Shown: piece after piece, positions 18,186 to 27,654 of the stretch
How the letters are laid out: each line of letters opens with the position of its first letter
How positions within the stretch are numbered: the stretch's first letter is position 1
Source: a candidate division WS6 bacterium GW2011_GWE2_33_157
Lineage (GTDB): Bacteria; Patescibacteriota; Dojkabacteria; SC72
Assembly: GCA_000989675.1 (NCBI GenBank)
Contig: LBOT01000001.1
Span: 1-41,417, forward strand
Direction: 5' to 3'
Length of the DNA: 41,417 bases
Position numbers and translations under genes: made by a program
Notes under the pieces: generated by a model
Database searches by the model: none
Seen by the model: the letters and a program-made list of their open reading frames with translations, nothing else
What the model was told of the DNA's origin: nothing

Positions 18186-20015
18186 ATGGAAGAAAAAATT
18201 AATACATCAAAGATAGTAATAGAAGATGGACATGAATTGACTGATGTTGTAAGAAATATTCATAAAAGTAAAGCTGAAAGAATAATACTCACATTCACAG
18301 ATCATACAGATTTATTAATAAGCCCAATAAATCTTAGGGTTTTGCAAGAAACAGCTACTCGAGAGGGAAAACTCCTTATTGCACAGATAATTCAGAATCC
18401 TACAGGAATAAGAAATTCTAAATTAGCCGGGATTAAGGTTATAGATTCTCCATCCAATCCAACGGAGGATGATTGGAGAGATGCTTTTGAAATATCAGAA
18501 AGTAAGAGAAAGGAGATATTGGAGAAAAAGAAAGAAAAAGTATCAACACAAACCTCAACAACCAAAACAAAAGAATCTTTTGAAGAAAGAGTCAATACAG
18601 CTATTAGTAAAAAACAAAATGGTGATTACATAGATAGGAGGGGAGTAAAATCAGAACCTTCCTTTATTTCCATTGATCAAGATTTACACCAAGAAGAAGA
18701 GGTTAATCCAGAAATAGCTGGGAAAGATTTCTCATCTCTACAAAATGTAGCTATTAACAATGTAACAACACCGCTACCAAGAAAGAAGGTTTTTGAATTA
18801 ATAAAAAATATTAAGCTTGATAAAAAGAAAGTTCTTAAACTTGTTCTTTTTGTTTTACTTCCATTACTACTAATATCTGGTTCTGCATTTGCAGTATACA
18901 ACCAGATAGGGACAGTAGCTAAAGTAAAAATCTTTGTAGAATCTAAACCCGTAGAAGTTGAAATGATTTTTACTGGTAAGGAGGGAATAGAAGAAATAGA
19001 CTTTGAGAATTTAGAAATACCAATAAAAAAAGAAGAAGCAACAAAGAGTCTTTCGGATAGTATAACTGCTACAGGTAAGGCCTTTAGGGGAACAAAAGCA
19101 AAAGGGGTTGTTAAAATAACATATTACCTAGGGGAGAGTTGTACAACAGATACTCCAAAGATTGTATTAGGGGCTGGGCATATTGTTTCAACAACAGAAT
19201 ATTCATATAAACTTACCACTGGGGTTGAATTAACATGTAACTTGATATCTGATGATATAACAGTTGAAGCAGTAGAAATTGGGGAACAATACAATATTCC
19301 TAGTGGAAAATCTTTTTCTATTCAAAACCAACCTAAAGTTACCGTCTATGCTTTGAATGCTGCAGCATTTACTGGTGGTACAAAAGAAGAATATACCGTT
19401 CTCTCCCAACAAGATGTTGATAATGCAGTAGAACAGCTAAGTACAACTGCAATAGAGGAAGTCAAATCTGAATTAAGAGAAAGTGGCAAAGGTTGGGCTA
19501 TTATCGAGGATACCATTATAAGTGCAGTAGATAAGGCAAGTATAAAAACAGATAAAAGTGTTGGGGCAGAAGCAAGTATTGTGAATTTAGATCTAACTAT
19601 TAAGGGAACTGCCACTTACTACTTTACAGATAATCTTAACGAAGGCCTTACAACAATTCTCAGAGAGGAAGCAGAAGATAAGAACCTGTTTGAAAGTGAT
19701 AAAGATGTTGAATTAGTATTAGGAGATGAGATAGATAAATCTCTTACAGTAGAGGAGAGTGATAAAGATGTCGTTAAGATTAAACTAGTAGCAAAATCTA
19801 CAATAAAACCTAAGATAGAGAAGACCGTATTAGAAAATACATTAAGAGGAATGGCATGGGACGAGGGGATTAATTACATTAACAACCTCAAATATGCAGA
19901 GAGGAAAGCAGTTATAACCTTTCTTCCACAGAAATATCCTACATTCCTAAAAAGATTCCCTGATAGAAAGGGTGGGGTTATGATTGAGATACAAGAGCTA
20001 GAAGTGCAAGAATAG
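18186..20015 (+). CDS. Bitopic membrane protein of unknown function (609 aa), translationally coupled to the FtsA/PilM-like gene
   Basis: Cytoplasmic ~210 aa N-terminal part with a K/E/T-rich linker, a single TM (LVLFVLLPLLLISGSAFAVY), then ~370 aa of extracytoplasmic beta-rich region. The gap to the upstream gene is 4 nt. Confidence 0.6.
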   Translation: MEEKINTSKIVIEDGHELTDVVRNIHKSKAERIILTFTDHTDLLISPINLRVLQETATREGKLLIAQIIQNPTGIRNSKLAGIKVIDSPSNPTEDDWRDAFEISESKRKEILEKKKEKVSTQTSTTKTKESFEERVNTAISKKQNGDYIDRRGVKSEPSFISIDQDLHQEEEVNPEIAGKDFSSLQNVAINNVTTPLPRKKVFELIKNIKLDKKKVLKLVLFVLLPLLLISGSAFAVYNQIGTVAKVKIFVESKPVEVEMIFTGKEGIEEIDFENLEIPIKKEEATKSLSDSITATGKAFRGTKAKGVVKITYYLGESCTTDTPKIVLGAGHIVSTTEYSYKLTTGVELTCNLISDDITVEAVEIGEQYNIPSGKSFSIQNQPKVTVYALNAAAFTGGTKEEYTVLSQQDVDNAVEQLSTTAIEEVKSELRESGKGWAIIEDTIISAVDKASIKTDKSVGAEASIVNLDLTIKGTATYYFTDNLNEGLTTILREEAEDKNLFESDKDVELVLGDEIDKSLTVEESDKDVVKIKLVAKSTIKPKIEKTVLENTLRGMAWDEGINYINNLKYAERKAVITFLPQKYPTFLKRFPDRKGGVMIEIQELEVQE

Positions 20016-20057
20016 TCTTTAAATTAATCTAAATTACTGATAGAATTGCATGTTTAT

Positions 20058-20134
20058 GTACCCGTAGCTCAATCGGATAGAGCAATTGCCTTCTAAGCAG
20101 TAGGTTGTCGGTTCGATTCCGGCCGGGTACGCCA
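20058..20134 (+). tRNA. tRNA-Arg (anticodon UCU), CCA encoded
   Basis: Acceptor GTACCCG/CGGGTAC, D arm GCTC..GAGC, anticodon loop CTTCTAA, T arm GTCGG-TTCGATT-CCGGC, 3' GCCA. Confidence 0.9.
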
Positions 20135-20136
20135 CA

Positions 20137-20226
20137 GGAGAGATGCCTGAGTGGCCGAAAGGACACGCTTGGAAAGCGTGCGTATGAGAAATCGTACCGT
20201 GGGTTCGAATCCCACTCTCTCCGCCA
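20137..20226 (+). tRNA. tRNA-Ser (anticodon GGA), class II long variable arm, CCA encoded
   Basis: Acceptor GGAGAGA/TCTCTCC, anticodon stem-loop CACGC-TTGGAAA-GCGTG, long variable arm, T loop GGTTCGAATCC, 3' GCCA. Confidence 0.9.
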
Positions 20227-20248
20227 CTTGTAAGAACAGTATAAAAAT

Positions 20249-20830
20249 ATGCTAGATTTAATAGGAATAATTTATTTTACACTCTCCGTACTATACCTAC
20301 TTGGTAGCTTTCCGATTGGAGTCTTTGAATTTCTTGATTTAAGAGAGGGCTATGCTATTAGCGACTATGCAACACTTTTTGAAACTAGTACCTATTTTAG
20401 TATATCCGCAATAATTACTGGTTTACTGTGTGGGTTAGACTCTATTACAAATCCGATATACAAGAAAGTAAGTATAAATATTTATAATTACCATGCACTA
20501 TCTTCATTCGCACTTCTAGGAATTGGCCTATTTCCACTTACAGGGGATGGCGTATGGTCATTTCCAAGAGTATTTCATTGGCTCTTTGCCCTCACATTTA
20601 TTCTTGTATACCCTGCCACTAGGTTACTAATACTTAAACATTACAACAAGAGAGCTTTTGAAAAACTTCTAATTGTTTTCTTAAGTTTAAATATTCTCGC
20701 CCTCCTTGTAACCATCGTAGTTCAATTTAAAAATATTGCATACCCAGAGTATTTAATGTGGCTTTCTCTACTTCTTACAATAGTGGTAAGTAAGATCCTG
20801 ATATCCAGAAAGAGTAAAAACGCAGAGTAG
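20249..20830 (+). CDS. Polytopic membrane protein, unknown function
   Basis: 193-aa ORF with about 6 hydrophobic helices. No recognisable catalytic motif. Confidence 0.55.
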   Translation: MLDLIGIIYFTLSVLYLLGSFPIGVFEFLDLREGYAISDYATLFETSTYFSISAIITGLLCGLDSITNPIYKKVSINIYNYHALSSFALLGIGLFPLTGDGVWSFPRVFHWLFALTFILVYPATRLLILKHYNKRAFEKLLIVFLSLNILALLVTIVVQFKNIAYPEYLMWLSLLLTIVVSKILISRKSKNAE

Positions 20831-20992
20831 GGGATATATATATACAAAGAGGACTTTTGAATATCTGTTTTGTAACATATATATTTGATGAAAGCTTTCT
20901 TTTGCCTATTGATTAGAAACCTAATTGGGGAAATTAAAGATACAAGTATATATTAGGAAAGAAAGTATGTTAAAAAATATTGGACATAGATA

Positions 20993-21523
20993 TTACTCTT
21001 CGCTATCTTCTTCACTCTCCTCTGCAGTATCATCTGGAGTTTCAATAATATTCATATCTTTCTCGGAAGTAGGGATAATCTGTATATGCCTATCCATACC
21101 CTCTCCAATACTCTCTGTTTTAATATCATCAAAAACCTGTAATGTCATATGTACAACCCTTCTATCCGAAGCTCTCATAGGAGGCAGGTCTACAGGTTCT
21201 CCAAGTATTCGTGCATCATCTGCCTTCTGTAATGCAAATCTTTCTAACTTGCTATCCCTATCTTTTTTATAACCACAAACATCTAATACGACTCTGTAGT
21301 CTGTATTCTCGGGGAGTTTTTTTCTTAATATCATACTTAGTACATACTGAAAAGAATCTAAATGCTTTCCATGGTTTCCTATTAAATACCCCAACTTATC
21401 ACCCTCGAAAGATATTTTGAAATATGAGACCCCTTCGTTATCTTCTATCTCTAAGGAATACTCGGCCTCTATCCCTATTAAAGAGAGTAGGGAATCTAAT
21501 TCTTTTTTAACAATATTTTCCAT
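20993..21523 (-). CDS. jag: Jag/KhpB RNA-binding protein (KH + R3H domains)
   Basis: KH-like GYLIGNHGKHLDSFQYV and R3H-like MRASDRRVVHMTL, with an acidic C-terminal tail. It occupies the conserved position downstream of yidC. Confidence 0.85.
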   Translation of the reverse strand: MENIVKKELDSLLSLIGIEAEYSLEIEDNEGVSYFKISFEGDKLGYLIGNHGKHLDSFQYVLSMILRKKLPENTDYRVVLDVCGYKKDRDSKLERFALQKADDARILGEPVDLPPMRASDRRVVHMTLQVFDDIKTESIGEGMDRHIQIIPTSEKDMNIIETPDDTAEESEEDSEE

Positions 21524-21533
21524 ATCTATGGAT

Positions 21534-22388
21534 TTATAATTTATCTTCTTTTTTCTTTTTTAATAGATCCCACAAGTTCTGTACACCCTTCTTTGTTTTA
21601 TCAAAATCTAAGGAAAGATATTGTATTGCAAGAAGGAGGGATTGTACTATCCAATACCAACCTAATGCTGCTGGCATACTAATAGTAAAGAAAGCTGTCA
21701 TTAACGGGAACAGATACATCATTGATTTCTGCATATTGGCCTGCATATCTTCTGAAACAGACCCTTCCTTCCCACTCTTCTTCTTAGCAGGGGTTGTTGT
21801 AGGATTCTGCATCTTTTGCGTGAATAATGTAGTTATGTACTGAACAACACCTACCAATATTGATAACCCTATATATGGTAACGCCTCTGCAGATACCCTT
21901 CCAAATTCGGATGATACCGAGTTATACGATTTTGTTAAATCAAAAAACAAAAATTTGGTGTTAATACTAAACCCATCTGTGATTCCCAGGATTTCGCTAA
22001 CCCAAGGGTAAAGACCTTCTATATCACTACTTGTCACAGCCCTTATTACTCCTATCAACGCAGAAAGTATTATTAATTGTGGTACTAAAGTTCCTGCACA
22101 TCCTAATGGGTTGTAACCGACTTTTTTGTATAACTTCATTTGCTCTTGGGTTAATTTCTCTTTGTTGTTTGCATACTTTTTCTGAAGAACTTCTAATTGG
22201 GGTTTAAGCGATGCCATCTTTCTTGTCATCTCAGTTTGTCTTTTTACTAAAGGTGTCATTAACAGTCTAACTATTACAGCTATTGCTAAAATGGCTAAAC
22301 CTAAGTTATCACCAAGATAGTGATAAAGAAGCATAATGACATTAAGTAAAGGGTCTGAGAATACTGTATTCCAAATTGTTGTAAACAT
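21534..22388 (-). CDS. yidC: Membrane protein insertase YidC (short, Gram-positive/Oxa1-like form)
   Basis: MKLYKKVGYNPLGCAGTLVPQLIILSAL matches the conserved YidC core. It is polytopic with a basic C-terminal tail, in synteny with rnpA-yidD. Confidence 0.9.
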   Translation of the reverse strand: MFTTIWNTVFSDPLLNVIMLLYHYLGDNLGLAILAIAVIVRLLMTPLVKRQTEMTRKMASLKPQLEVLQKKYANNKEKLTQEQMKLYKKVGYNPLGCAGTLVPQLIILSALIGVIRAVTSSDIEGLYPWVSEILGITDGFSINTKFLFFDLTKSYNSVSSEFGRVSAEALPYIGLSILVGVVQYITTLFTQKMQNPTTTPAKKKSGKEGSVSEDMQANMQKSMMYLFPLMTAFFTISMPAALGWYWIVQSLLLAIQYLSLDFDKTKKGVQNLWDLLKKKKEDKL

Positions 22389-22437
22389 TTTTTAAAGAAT
22401 AATAATAAAAATCTAAAGCATTATACATTAAACTAGT

Positions 22438-22743
22438 CTATTTTTCAGGTACAGGGTCATATTGTCCTGTAATAGCCCAAGGGTTACATCTAATAATCCT
22501 TTTAATAGCAAGATAATTACCTTTGAAAATACCGAATTTCTCTATAACTCCATAGCCATACTCTGAGCATGTTGGTGTGAATTTACACGCTCTTTCATTC
22601 GGATGAAATTTCCCTAAAAGCCCATGATCAAGAGAGAGTGTTTTTTGATAGCCCTTTATTAGGAACAACTCAAATCCCTTGATTAATTCTAAAGGCATTT
22701 TTAAACTGTTGAGTATACTCCTTTTCAAGTTGTGCATAGTCAT
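22438..22743 (-). CDS. yidD: Membrane protein insertion efficiency factor YidD
   Basis: CKFTPTCSEYGYGVIEKFGIFKGNYLAIKRIIRCNPW is the YidD signature. The start may be the internal Met (22698). It overlaps the rnpA 3' end. Confidence 0.85.
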   Translation of the reverse strand: MTMHNLKRSILNSLKMPLELIKGFELFLIKGYQKTLSLDHGLLGKFHPNERACKFTPTCSEYGYGVIEKFGIFKGNYLAIKRIIRCNPWAITGQYDPVPEK

Positions 22744-23020
22744 TACAATATTTAAAAGCTACATATATACATCTATACTGTTTTTCTGTTTCTGTATATT
22801 TCTTTAAGTTCTCTTTGGTAATTTCTCTTAGAAGTCTAGTCATTCTATGTCTTTGTACTGCGTTCCCTATTTTTTTACTTACTATGAACAAGAATTGAGT
22901 TTCTTTTGTGTCTAGATATTCTTTTACGATAAGCATACCAAACTCTCCTCGGAACTTTATTCCTTGCTCATAGAGAGTTTTAATATATTTCTGGTTTAAT
23001 CTGTTTTCTTTTGGAAGCAT
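22670..23020 (-). CDS. rnpA: Ribonuclease P protein component
   Basis: MLPKENRL start typical of RnpA, and GNAVQRHRMTRLLRE (the RNR motif region). Start chosen at the internal ATG 23020; the ORF track extends to 23050 and would then overlap rpmH. Confidence 0.82.
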   Translation of the reverse strand: MLPKENRLNQKYIKTLYEQGIKFRGEFGMLIVKEYLDTKETQFLFIVSKKIGNAVQRHRMTRLLREITKENLKKYTETEKQYRCIYVAFKYCNDYAQLEKEYTQQFKNAFRINQGI

Positions 23021-23033
23021 GTTTAAGTATACA

Positions 23034-23222
23034 CTACCTAATTCTTGCAAGAGGTCTTTTTCTTAACAATCGATACTCTTCACTTGCAGTAAGAGATTTT
23101 CTACCTTTTGCTTTTCTTCTTTTCAAGACTTCCCTACCATCAGAAGTTTTGTTTCTAGCTCTAAAGCCGAATTTCTTGATTCTTTTTAAATTTTTAGGCT
23201 GATATGTTCTTTTTGTTGACAT
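23034..23222 (-). CDS. rpmH: 50S ribosomal protein L34 (with a ~17-aa C-terminal extension)
   Basis: [45 protein letters not shown] is canonical bL34. The ORF then continues [17 protein letters not shown] before its stop. Confidence 0.9.
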   Translation of the reverse strand: MSTKRTYQPKNLKRIKKFGFRARNKTSDGREVLKRRKAKGRKSLTASEEYRLLRKRPLARIR

Positions 23223-23401
23223 TTTTTTTATTTCCTTTTTTCAAAAGCAGACACATTATATATTAATACCTATCAGTATGGCAAATATTAAAGAAATATT
23301 AGCAAAGAAATGTATTTCTAAAGATATCTAACACAGATAGAGTAGACTGAGCCCTTTAAAAACCCTTGTAACAGAAGCTTAATAAGCTACTCCCCAAACT
23401 A

Positions 23402-23410
23402 TTATCCACA
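23402..23410 (+). promoter_or_regulatory. Perfect DnaA box TTATCCACA in the dnaA promoter region
   Basis: Exact 9-mer consensus, with a TATAAT at 23427-23432 17 nt downstream. This is consistent with dnaA autoregulation. Confidence 0.6.
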
Positions 23411-23421
23411 TTTTTCTAGAA

Positions 23422-24981
23422 ATGAATATAATAGGGGTACCAGTCCCAATCGACCATATACTGCCCAGTGACTTTTTTAAAATACTGAAGTACTACATTA
23501 GTATGGATAAAATTGACTTCGAAAAATATATAACCGAAATGCCAAAACCAAACATGGAAAGTACAACAAGTACCGTTGAAGATTTCAATACAGAGGATAT
23601 ATGGAAGATTGTTTCAGAGAACCTTAAGATGATTTTAGATAGGGTAGAATATAACTCATGGTTTAGTGACACATATTTGGAGGATATTAGAAATGGTGTA
23701 GCAACTCTTTCCTGTTCTAGTGAATTCAAAAGGGGAACAATTCTTCGTGATTATAGTAAGTTTCTTCAAAGCTGTTTAACAAGAGCTACTGGCCAAAACC
23801 TACAATTGGAAATCCTTATTAAAAGTAGTGGAATAAAAAGGAAGGATACTCAAGATAGGTATGAATTTGTAAGTACTCCACAACAGAGTAGCGTAACTCT
23901 TTTTTCTGGGATAGAAAGTGATAGTAAAAAATATAAACAAGCACTAAGTAGTGCAAGATTAAATCCAAAATATACCTTTGACAATTTTATCGTTGGTCCT
24001 AATAGCAGGTTGGCAGAGGCTGTGGCTCAAGCAGTTGTTCATGATATTAATAATAATAATCTAACCAAATCATATAATCCTGTGTTTTACTATGGTAGTA
24101 CAGGGGTTGGCAAAACTCATTTAATGCAAGCTATTGGAAACGAAGTAATAAAGAAAGATCCTGAGAAAAAGGTTGTATATGTATCAATAGAGCAATTCTT
24201 AAATGAGATGATCGAAGCTATTAGAACAAGAAAGAACGAAGATTTTAGATCTAAATATAGGGAGGTCGATCTGTTAATAATAGATGATATACAGTTTGTA
24301 GAAGATTACCCTAAAACACAAGAAGAGCTATTCCATACTTTTAATACATTGTACCAAGCTAATAAACAAATAATACTTGCATCAGACAGACCACCAAGAG
24401 AAATAAAAAATATTACAGATAGACTAAGGTCTAGATTTGAAGGTGGAATGGTTGCTGATATTCAAATTCCAGATTATGAAACTAGGGTAGCAATATTAAA
24501 ACAAAGCTTGTTAGATAAAAATGCAACAGTCCCTGATATGTATTTAGAGTTAATAGCCAAGAATATTGAAAATAGTGTAAGAGAATTAGAAGGGGCTCTT
24601 AACAAAGTAATAACGCTTTCTAAACTAGGCGAGGTGCCTACGTATGAAGAGGTTGCAAGAATCCTTCAGTTAGATATAGAGAGTAAAAGAAATAAGGTAA
24701 CACCTCTAAAAGTATTAGATGTTACATCTTCTGTCTTTGATATATCTGTAAGATATATAAAGAGTAAAAGAAGAATGGCACATATTTCCTTGGCAAGACA
24801 AGTTGTAATGTACATACTAAGGACAGATTTAGAACTACCTTTGGAAACTGTTGCTAAAGAAGTAAATAGGACAGACCATACAACAGTACTACACGCATGT
24901 AAACAGATAGAGCAAAAGATGAAACAAGATAGTAGGTTAGCAGAGAAGGTAGAATTGTGTAGAAAGAAAATTTTCTTTTAA
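23422..24981 (+). CDS. dnaA: Chromosomal replication initiator DnaA
   Basis: Walker A GSTGVGKTHL, Walker B LLIIDDIQF, sensor SDRPP, and the DNA-binding domain with DHTTVLHACKQI. The true start may be ATG 23503 (MDKIDFEKY..), because a TATAAT lies inside the first codons of the longest ORF. Confidence 0.93.
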   Translation: MNIIGVPVPIDHILPSDFFKILKYYISMDKIDFEKYITEMPKPNMESTTSTVEDFNTEDIWKIVSENLKMILDRVEYNSWFSDTYLEDIRNGVATLSCSSEFKRGTILRDYSKFLQSCLTRATGQNLQLEILIKSSGIKRKDTQDRYEFVSTPQQSSVTLFSGIESDSKKYKQALSSARLNPKYTFDNFIVGPNSRLAEAVAQAVVHDINNNNLTKSYNPVFYYGSTGVGKTHLMQAIGNEVIKKDPEKKVVYVSIEQFLNEMIEAIRTRKNEDFRSKYREVDLLIIDDIQFVEDYPKTQEELFHTFNTLYQANKQIILASDRPPREIKNITDRLRSRFEGGMVADIQIPDYETRVAILKQSLLDKNATVPDMYLELIAKNIENSVRELEGALNKVITLSKLGEVPTYEEVARILQLDIESKRNKVTPLKVLDVTSSVFDISVRYIKSKRRMAHISLARQVVMYILRTDLELPLETVAKEVNRTDHTTVLHACKQIEQKMKQDSRLAEKVELCRKKIFF

Positions 24982-25415
24982 CTGTGGTTAACCTGTGGAT
25001 AGCTGTTGATAAGTGTAGGATAAGTATGGTTTTTCTCCACACCTATATATCTCATTAATTTAACAATTAGTTGCTAATACAACGTTTTTAATAAAATAGT
25101 AATACACATAGAGGCCACTGTTTTCCATTTTAATACACATATTCCATACACAATAGGAATATATAATGAAATAGATAAGAAACAATAAATTTAAGTAAAT
25201 ATTAATTAAAAAATTATCAACATAGTAAATATTTAAGGATTTACTGTTAACAAAGGTCTCAATTAATGAAATCTGGAAGTTATCAACTTATCCATACTTA
25301 CTACTACGATGACAACTTAATATTTATAAAAATTAAAACAGTAGAAAACTTACCTTATATTAAGTAGAATATAGAATAACTGCCCAAGTAATTAATATTA
25401 ATATATGTACATAAA
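24982..25415. other. Probable chromosomal origin oriC (dnaA-dnaN intergenic DnaA-box cluster plus AT-rich unwinding region)
   Basis: Near-consensus DnaA boxes: TGTGGTTAA 24983-24991, TGTGGATAG 24994-25002, TTCTCCACA 25033-25041, TTATCAACA 25214-25222, TTATCAACT 25280-25288, TTATCCATA 25288-25296. An extremely AT-rich stretch lies at about 25160-25260. Confidence 0.65.
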
Positions 25416-26537
25416 ATGCAATTCTCTTGTAATCAAGATACTCTTAGAAAGTATCTTAATATAATAAGTAGGGTAGTAAGTAGTAAACCAGGATTACCAA
25501 TACTTAACAACGTTCAATTTGAAAGTAGTAAGGGTAAACTCATGATGACTGCAACAGATTTAGAAATTGGTATAAATACTTGGATAGGGGCAGATGTAAG
25601 ATCCGAAGGGAAGATTACAGTACCAGCAAAGCAGTTAACAGAATTTGTAAACAGTATTCCATCAGAAACAATCGATGTATCACTAGATAATCAAAGTTTT
25701 AACATTACAAGTACAAACAATTCTGCCAGTTTTAATACAATGTCTGCAGAAGATTTTCCTGCAGTAGCTACGGTTACAGACAAAACCCCATTATTTAAAC
25801 TTTCAAAAGAGGATTTAGTAAAAGCAGTTGAAAGAGTTGCTTTTGCATCTGCAACAGACGATATTAAACCTGTACTTACGGGTGTACTTTTAGAAGTAGC
25901 AGGAGAAAGTATTTCATTTGTAGGAACTGATGGTCTAAGACTATCAAGACAAATTCTTAAAATAGATTCTAACGCAGAGAGTGATGTTAATGTATTAATA
26001 CCTGTTAAAGCTTTATTAGAGCTATCACATATAGTTTCAGAAATAGGAGAAGATGATGATATAGAGGTATATTTGATAGAAGATAGGAATCAAATACTTT
26101 TTAGATATAGTGGGGTGGATCTTGTTTCAAGATTAATAGATGGACAATTTCCAGAGTATAGACAAATTATTCCTACTGGATATAAAACACTATGTAAAAT
26201 TAGCAAATCAGAATTTATTAATTCCTTAAAAGTTACAAACACAATTGCTAAGAGCGTATTAGGGAACAAACTAATACTAGATATAGATTCTTCTGATAAT
26301 AAAATTACATTATCAGCTACACAAACAGATTTAGGGAGCAACAAAAGTGTATTTGATGCTAAAGTAGATGGAGATTCTATTAAAATAGCGTTTAGTTCAA
26401 GATTACTTACAGATATTCTAAATCATATAGATTCTGAGGATATTGTATTCGAATGTTCTGAAACAATTAAACCAGGAGTATTTAAAATCACAGAAGATCC
26501 TGATTTTGTACACCTTGTTATGCCAATGATGCTTTAG
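25416..26537 (+). CDS. dnaN: DNA polymerase III beta sliding clamp
   Basis: N-terminus MQFSCNQDTLRKYLNIISRVVSSKPGLPILNNVQFE, LIDGQFPEYRQIIP, and a C-terminal VMPMML. Canonical synteny with dnaA. Confidence 0.93.
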   Translation: MQFSCNQDTLRKYLNIISRVVSSKPGLPILNNVQFESSKGKLMMTATDLEIGINTWIGADVRSEGKITVPAKQLTEFVNSIPSETIDVSLDNQSFNITSTNNSASFNTMSAEDFPAVATVTDKTPLFKLSKEDLVKAVERVAFASATDDIKPVLTGVLLEVAGESISFVGTDGLRLSRQILKIDSNAESDVNVLIPVKALLELSHIVSEIGEDDDIEVYLIEDRNQILFRYSGVDLVSRLIDGQFPEYRQIIPTGYKTLCKISKSEFINSLKVTNTIAKSVLGNKLILDIDSSDNKITLSATQTDLGSNKSVFDAKVDGDSIKIAFSSRLLTDILNHIDSEDIVFECSETIKPGVFKITEDPDFVHLVMPMML

Positions 26538-27201
26538 GTTCTTTAACTCTGTAACCTTGGCCATGTACAGTTTCAATTAAACCCTTACTAGGTATTTTGT
26601 CTCTTAACCTTTTAATATGTACATCAATTGTATTTGACCCTGTATAACTACGATAATCCCATACATGGTCTAGAAGTTCACACCTGCTAACAGTTCTATT
26701 TTTATTCCTAATCAAATACTCTAAAAGTTCGTACTCTTTTCTTCTCAACTCGATATCTTTCTCTTTTACACTTACCGTTTTATTCGTAGTATCAAGTAAA
26801 ACATTACCTAAATACATCTTACTATCAATATAGCTGTTTGGTCTCCTTAAAAGGGATTGTATCCTTGCAAGAAGCTCTTGTATTGGGAATGGATATGAAA
26901 GAACATCATCACCACCTATATTTAAGAAATTAACCTTGTCTTTCCATGTCCCTATACTACAAATACCTAAGATTTTACTTTGAACATTCTTTTTACTCTT
27001 TGCTTTTTTTATTAAATCTTCTGTTGTAAATTTTCCATTGATATTTGTATCAAGTATTAAAATCTCAAATAGGTCTCTTTTTACTAAATTTTCACTATTA
27101 AAATCTGAGGTATCTTCTGTCACATTATATCCATAGGCAACAAGGGTATTTTTAATAATGTGGGAAATAGTTTTAGATTTCTCTATAATTAAGATATTCA
27201 T
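26518..27201 (-). CDS. OmpR/PhoB-family response regulator with an atypical receiver domain
   Basis: Winged helix: TVSRCELLDHVWDY..IDVHIKRLRDKI..IETVHGQGYR. The receiver keeps ILILD (phospho-Asp position) but has IIEKSK instead of the acidic DD pocket and LSYPF instead of L-x-K-P-F. No histidine kinase is present in the window. Confidence 0.8.
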   Translation of the reverse strand: MNILIIEKSKTISHIIKNTLVAYGYNVTEDTSDFNSENLVKRDLFEILILDTNINGKFTTEDLIKKAKSKKNVQSKILGICSIGTWKDKVNFLNIGGDDVLSYPFPIQELLARIQSLLRRPNSYIDSKMYLGNVLLDTTNKTVSVKEKDIELRRKEYELLEYLIRNKNRTVSRCELLDHVWDYRSYTGSNTIDVHIKRLRDKIPSKGLIETVHGQGYRVKEPKASLA

Positions 27202-27245
27202 AAAGATTGGAATAAATTTAATTTTAAAGAATAACTATTTAATAG

Positions 27246-27644
27246 GTGGAAACAAAAACTTATAGACAAAAATTTGTTAAATTTATTCTTTCATATACAT
27301 TTTCTTTAATATTTTCTGTTGCAATTTTGTTATATTTATTCTCAATCAGAAACTTCTTACCTTTAAATGAAATAGGGGATTTTAATTGGCTTAACATTTT
27401 AGTATTTACATTTCTTCTATCTATCTTAATAGATTCTATTATTACAATCTTAATATACCTATTCTTATTATTTATTCTAAAGAAAGAGGGTAGTAGAGAG
27501 TTAGAGATCCTATCAATTAAATGGGGAATCCTTTTTACATTAGGTATTCAACTCGTTGTCCTTTTGAATTTTTTCCATATTCTTAATCTATATTGGGGCT
27601 TTGGTATTCTTTCTATTGTTATAATCCTTCTATTTATTATATGA
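27246..27644 (+). CDS. Small polytopic membrane protein (GTG start), unknown function
   Basis: 132-aa ORF with 4 hydrophobic helices. Confidence 0.45.
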   Translation: METKTYRQKFVKFILSYTFSLIFSVAILLYLFSIRNFLPLNEIGDFNWLNILVFTFLLSILIDSIITILIYLFLLFILKKEGSRELEILSIKWGILFTLGIQLVVLLNFFHILNLYWGFGILSIVIILLFII

Positions 27645-27654
27645 TTACCTATAC

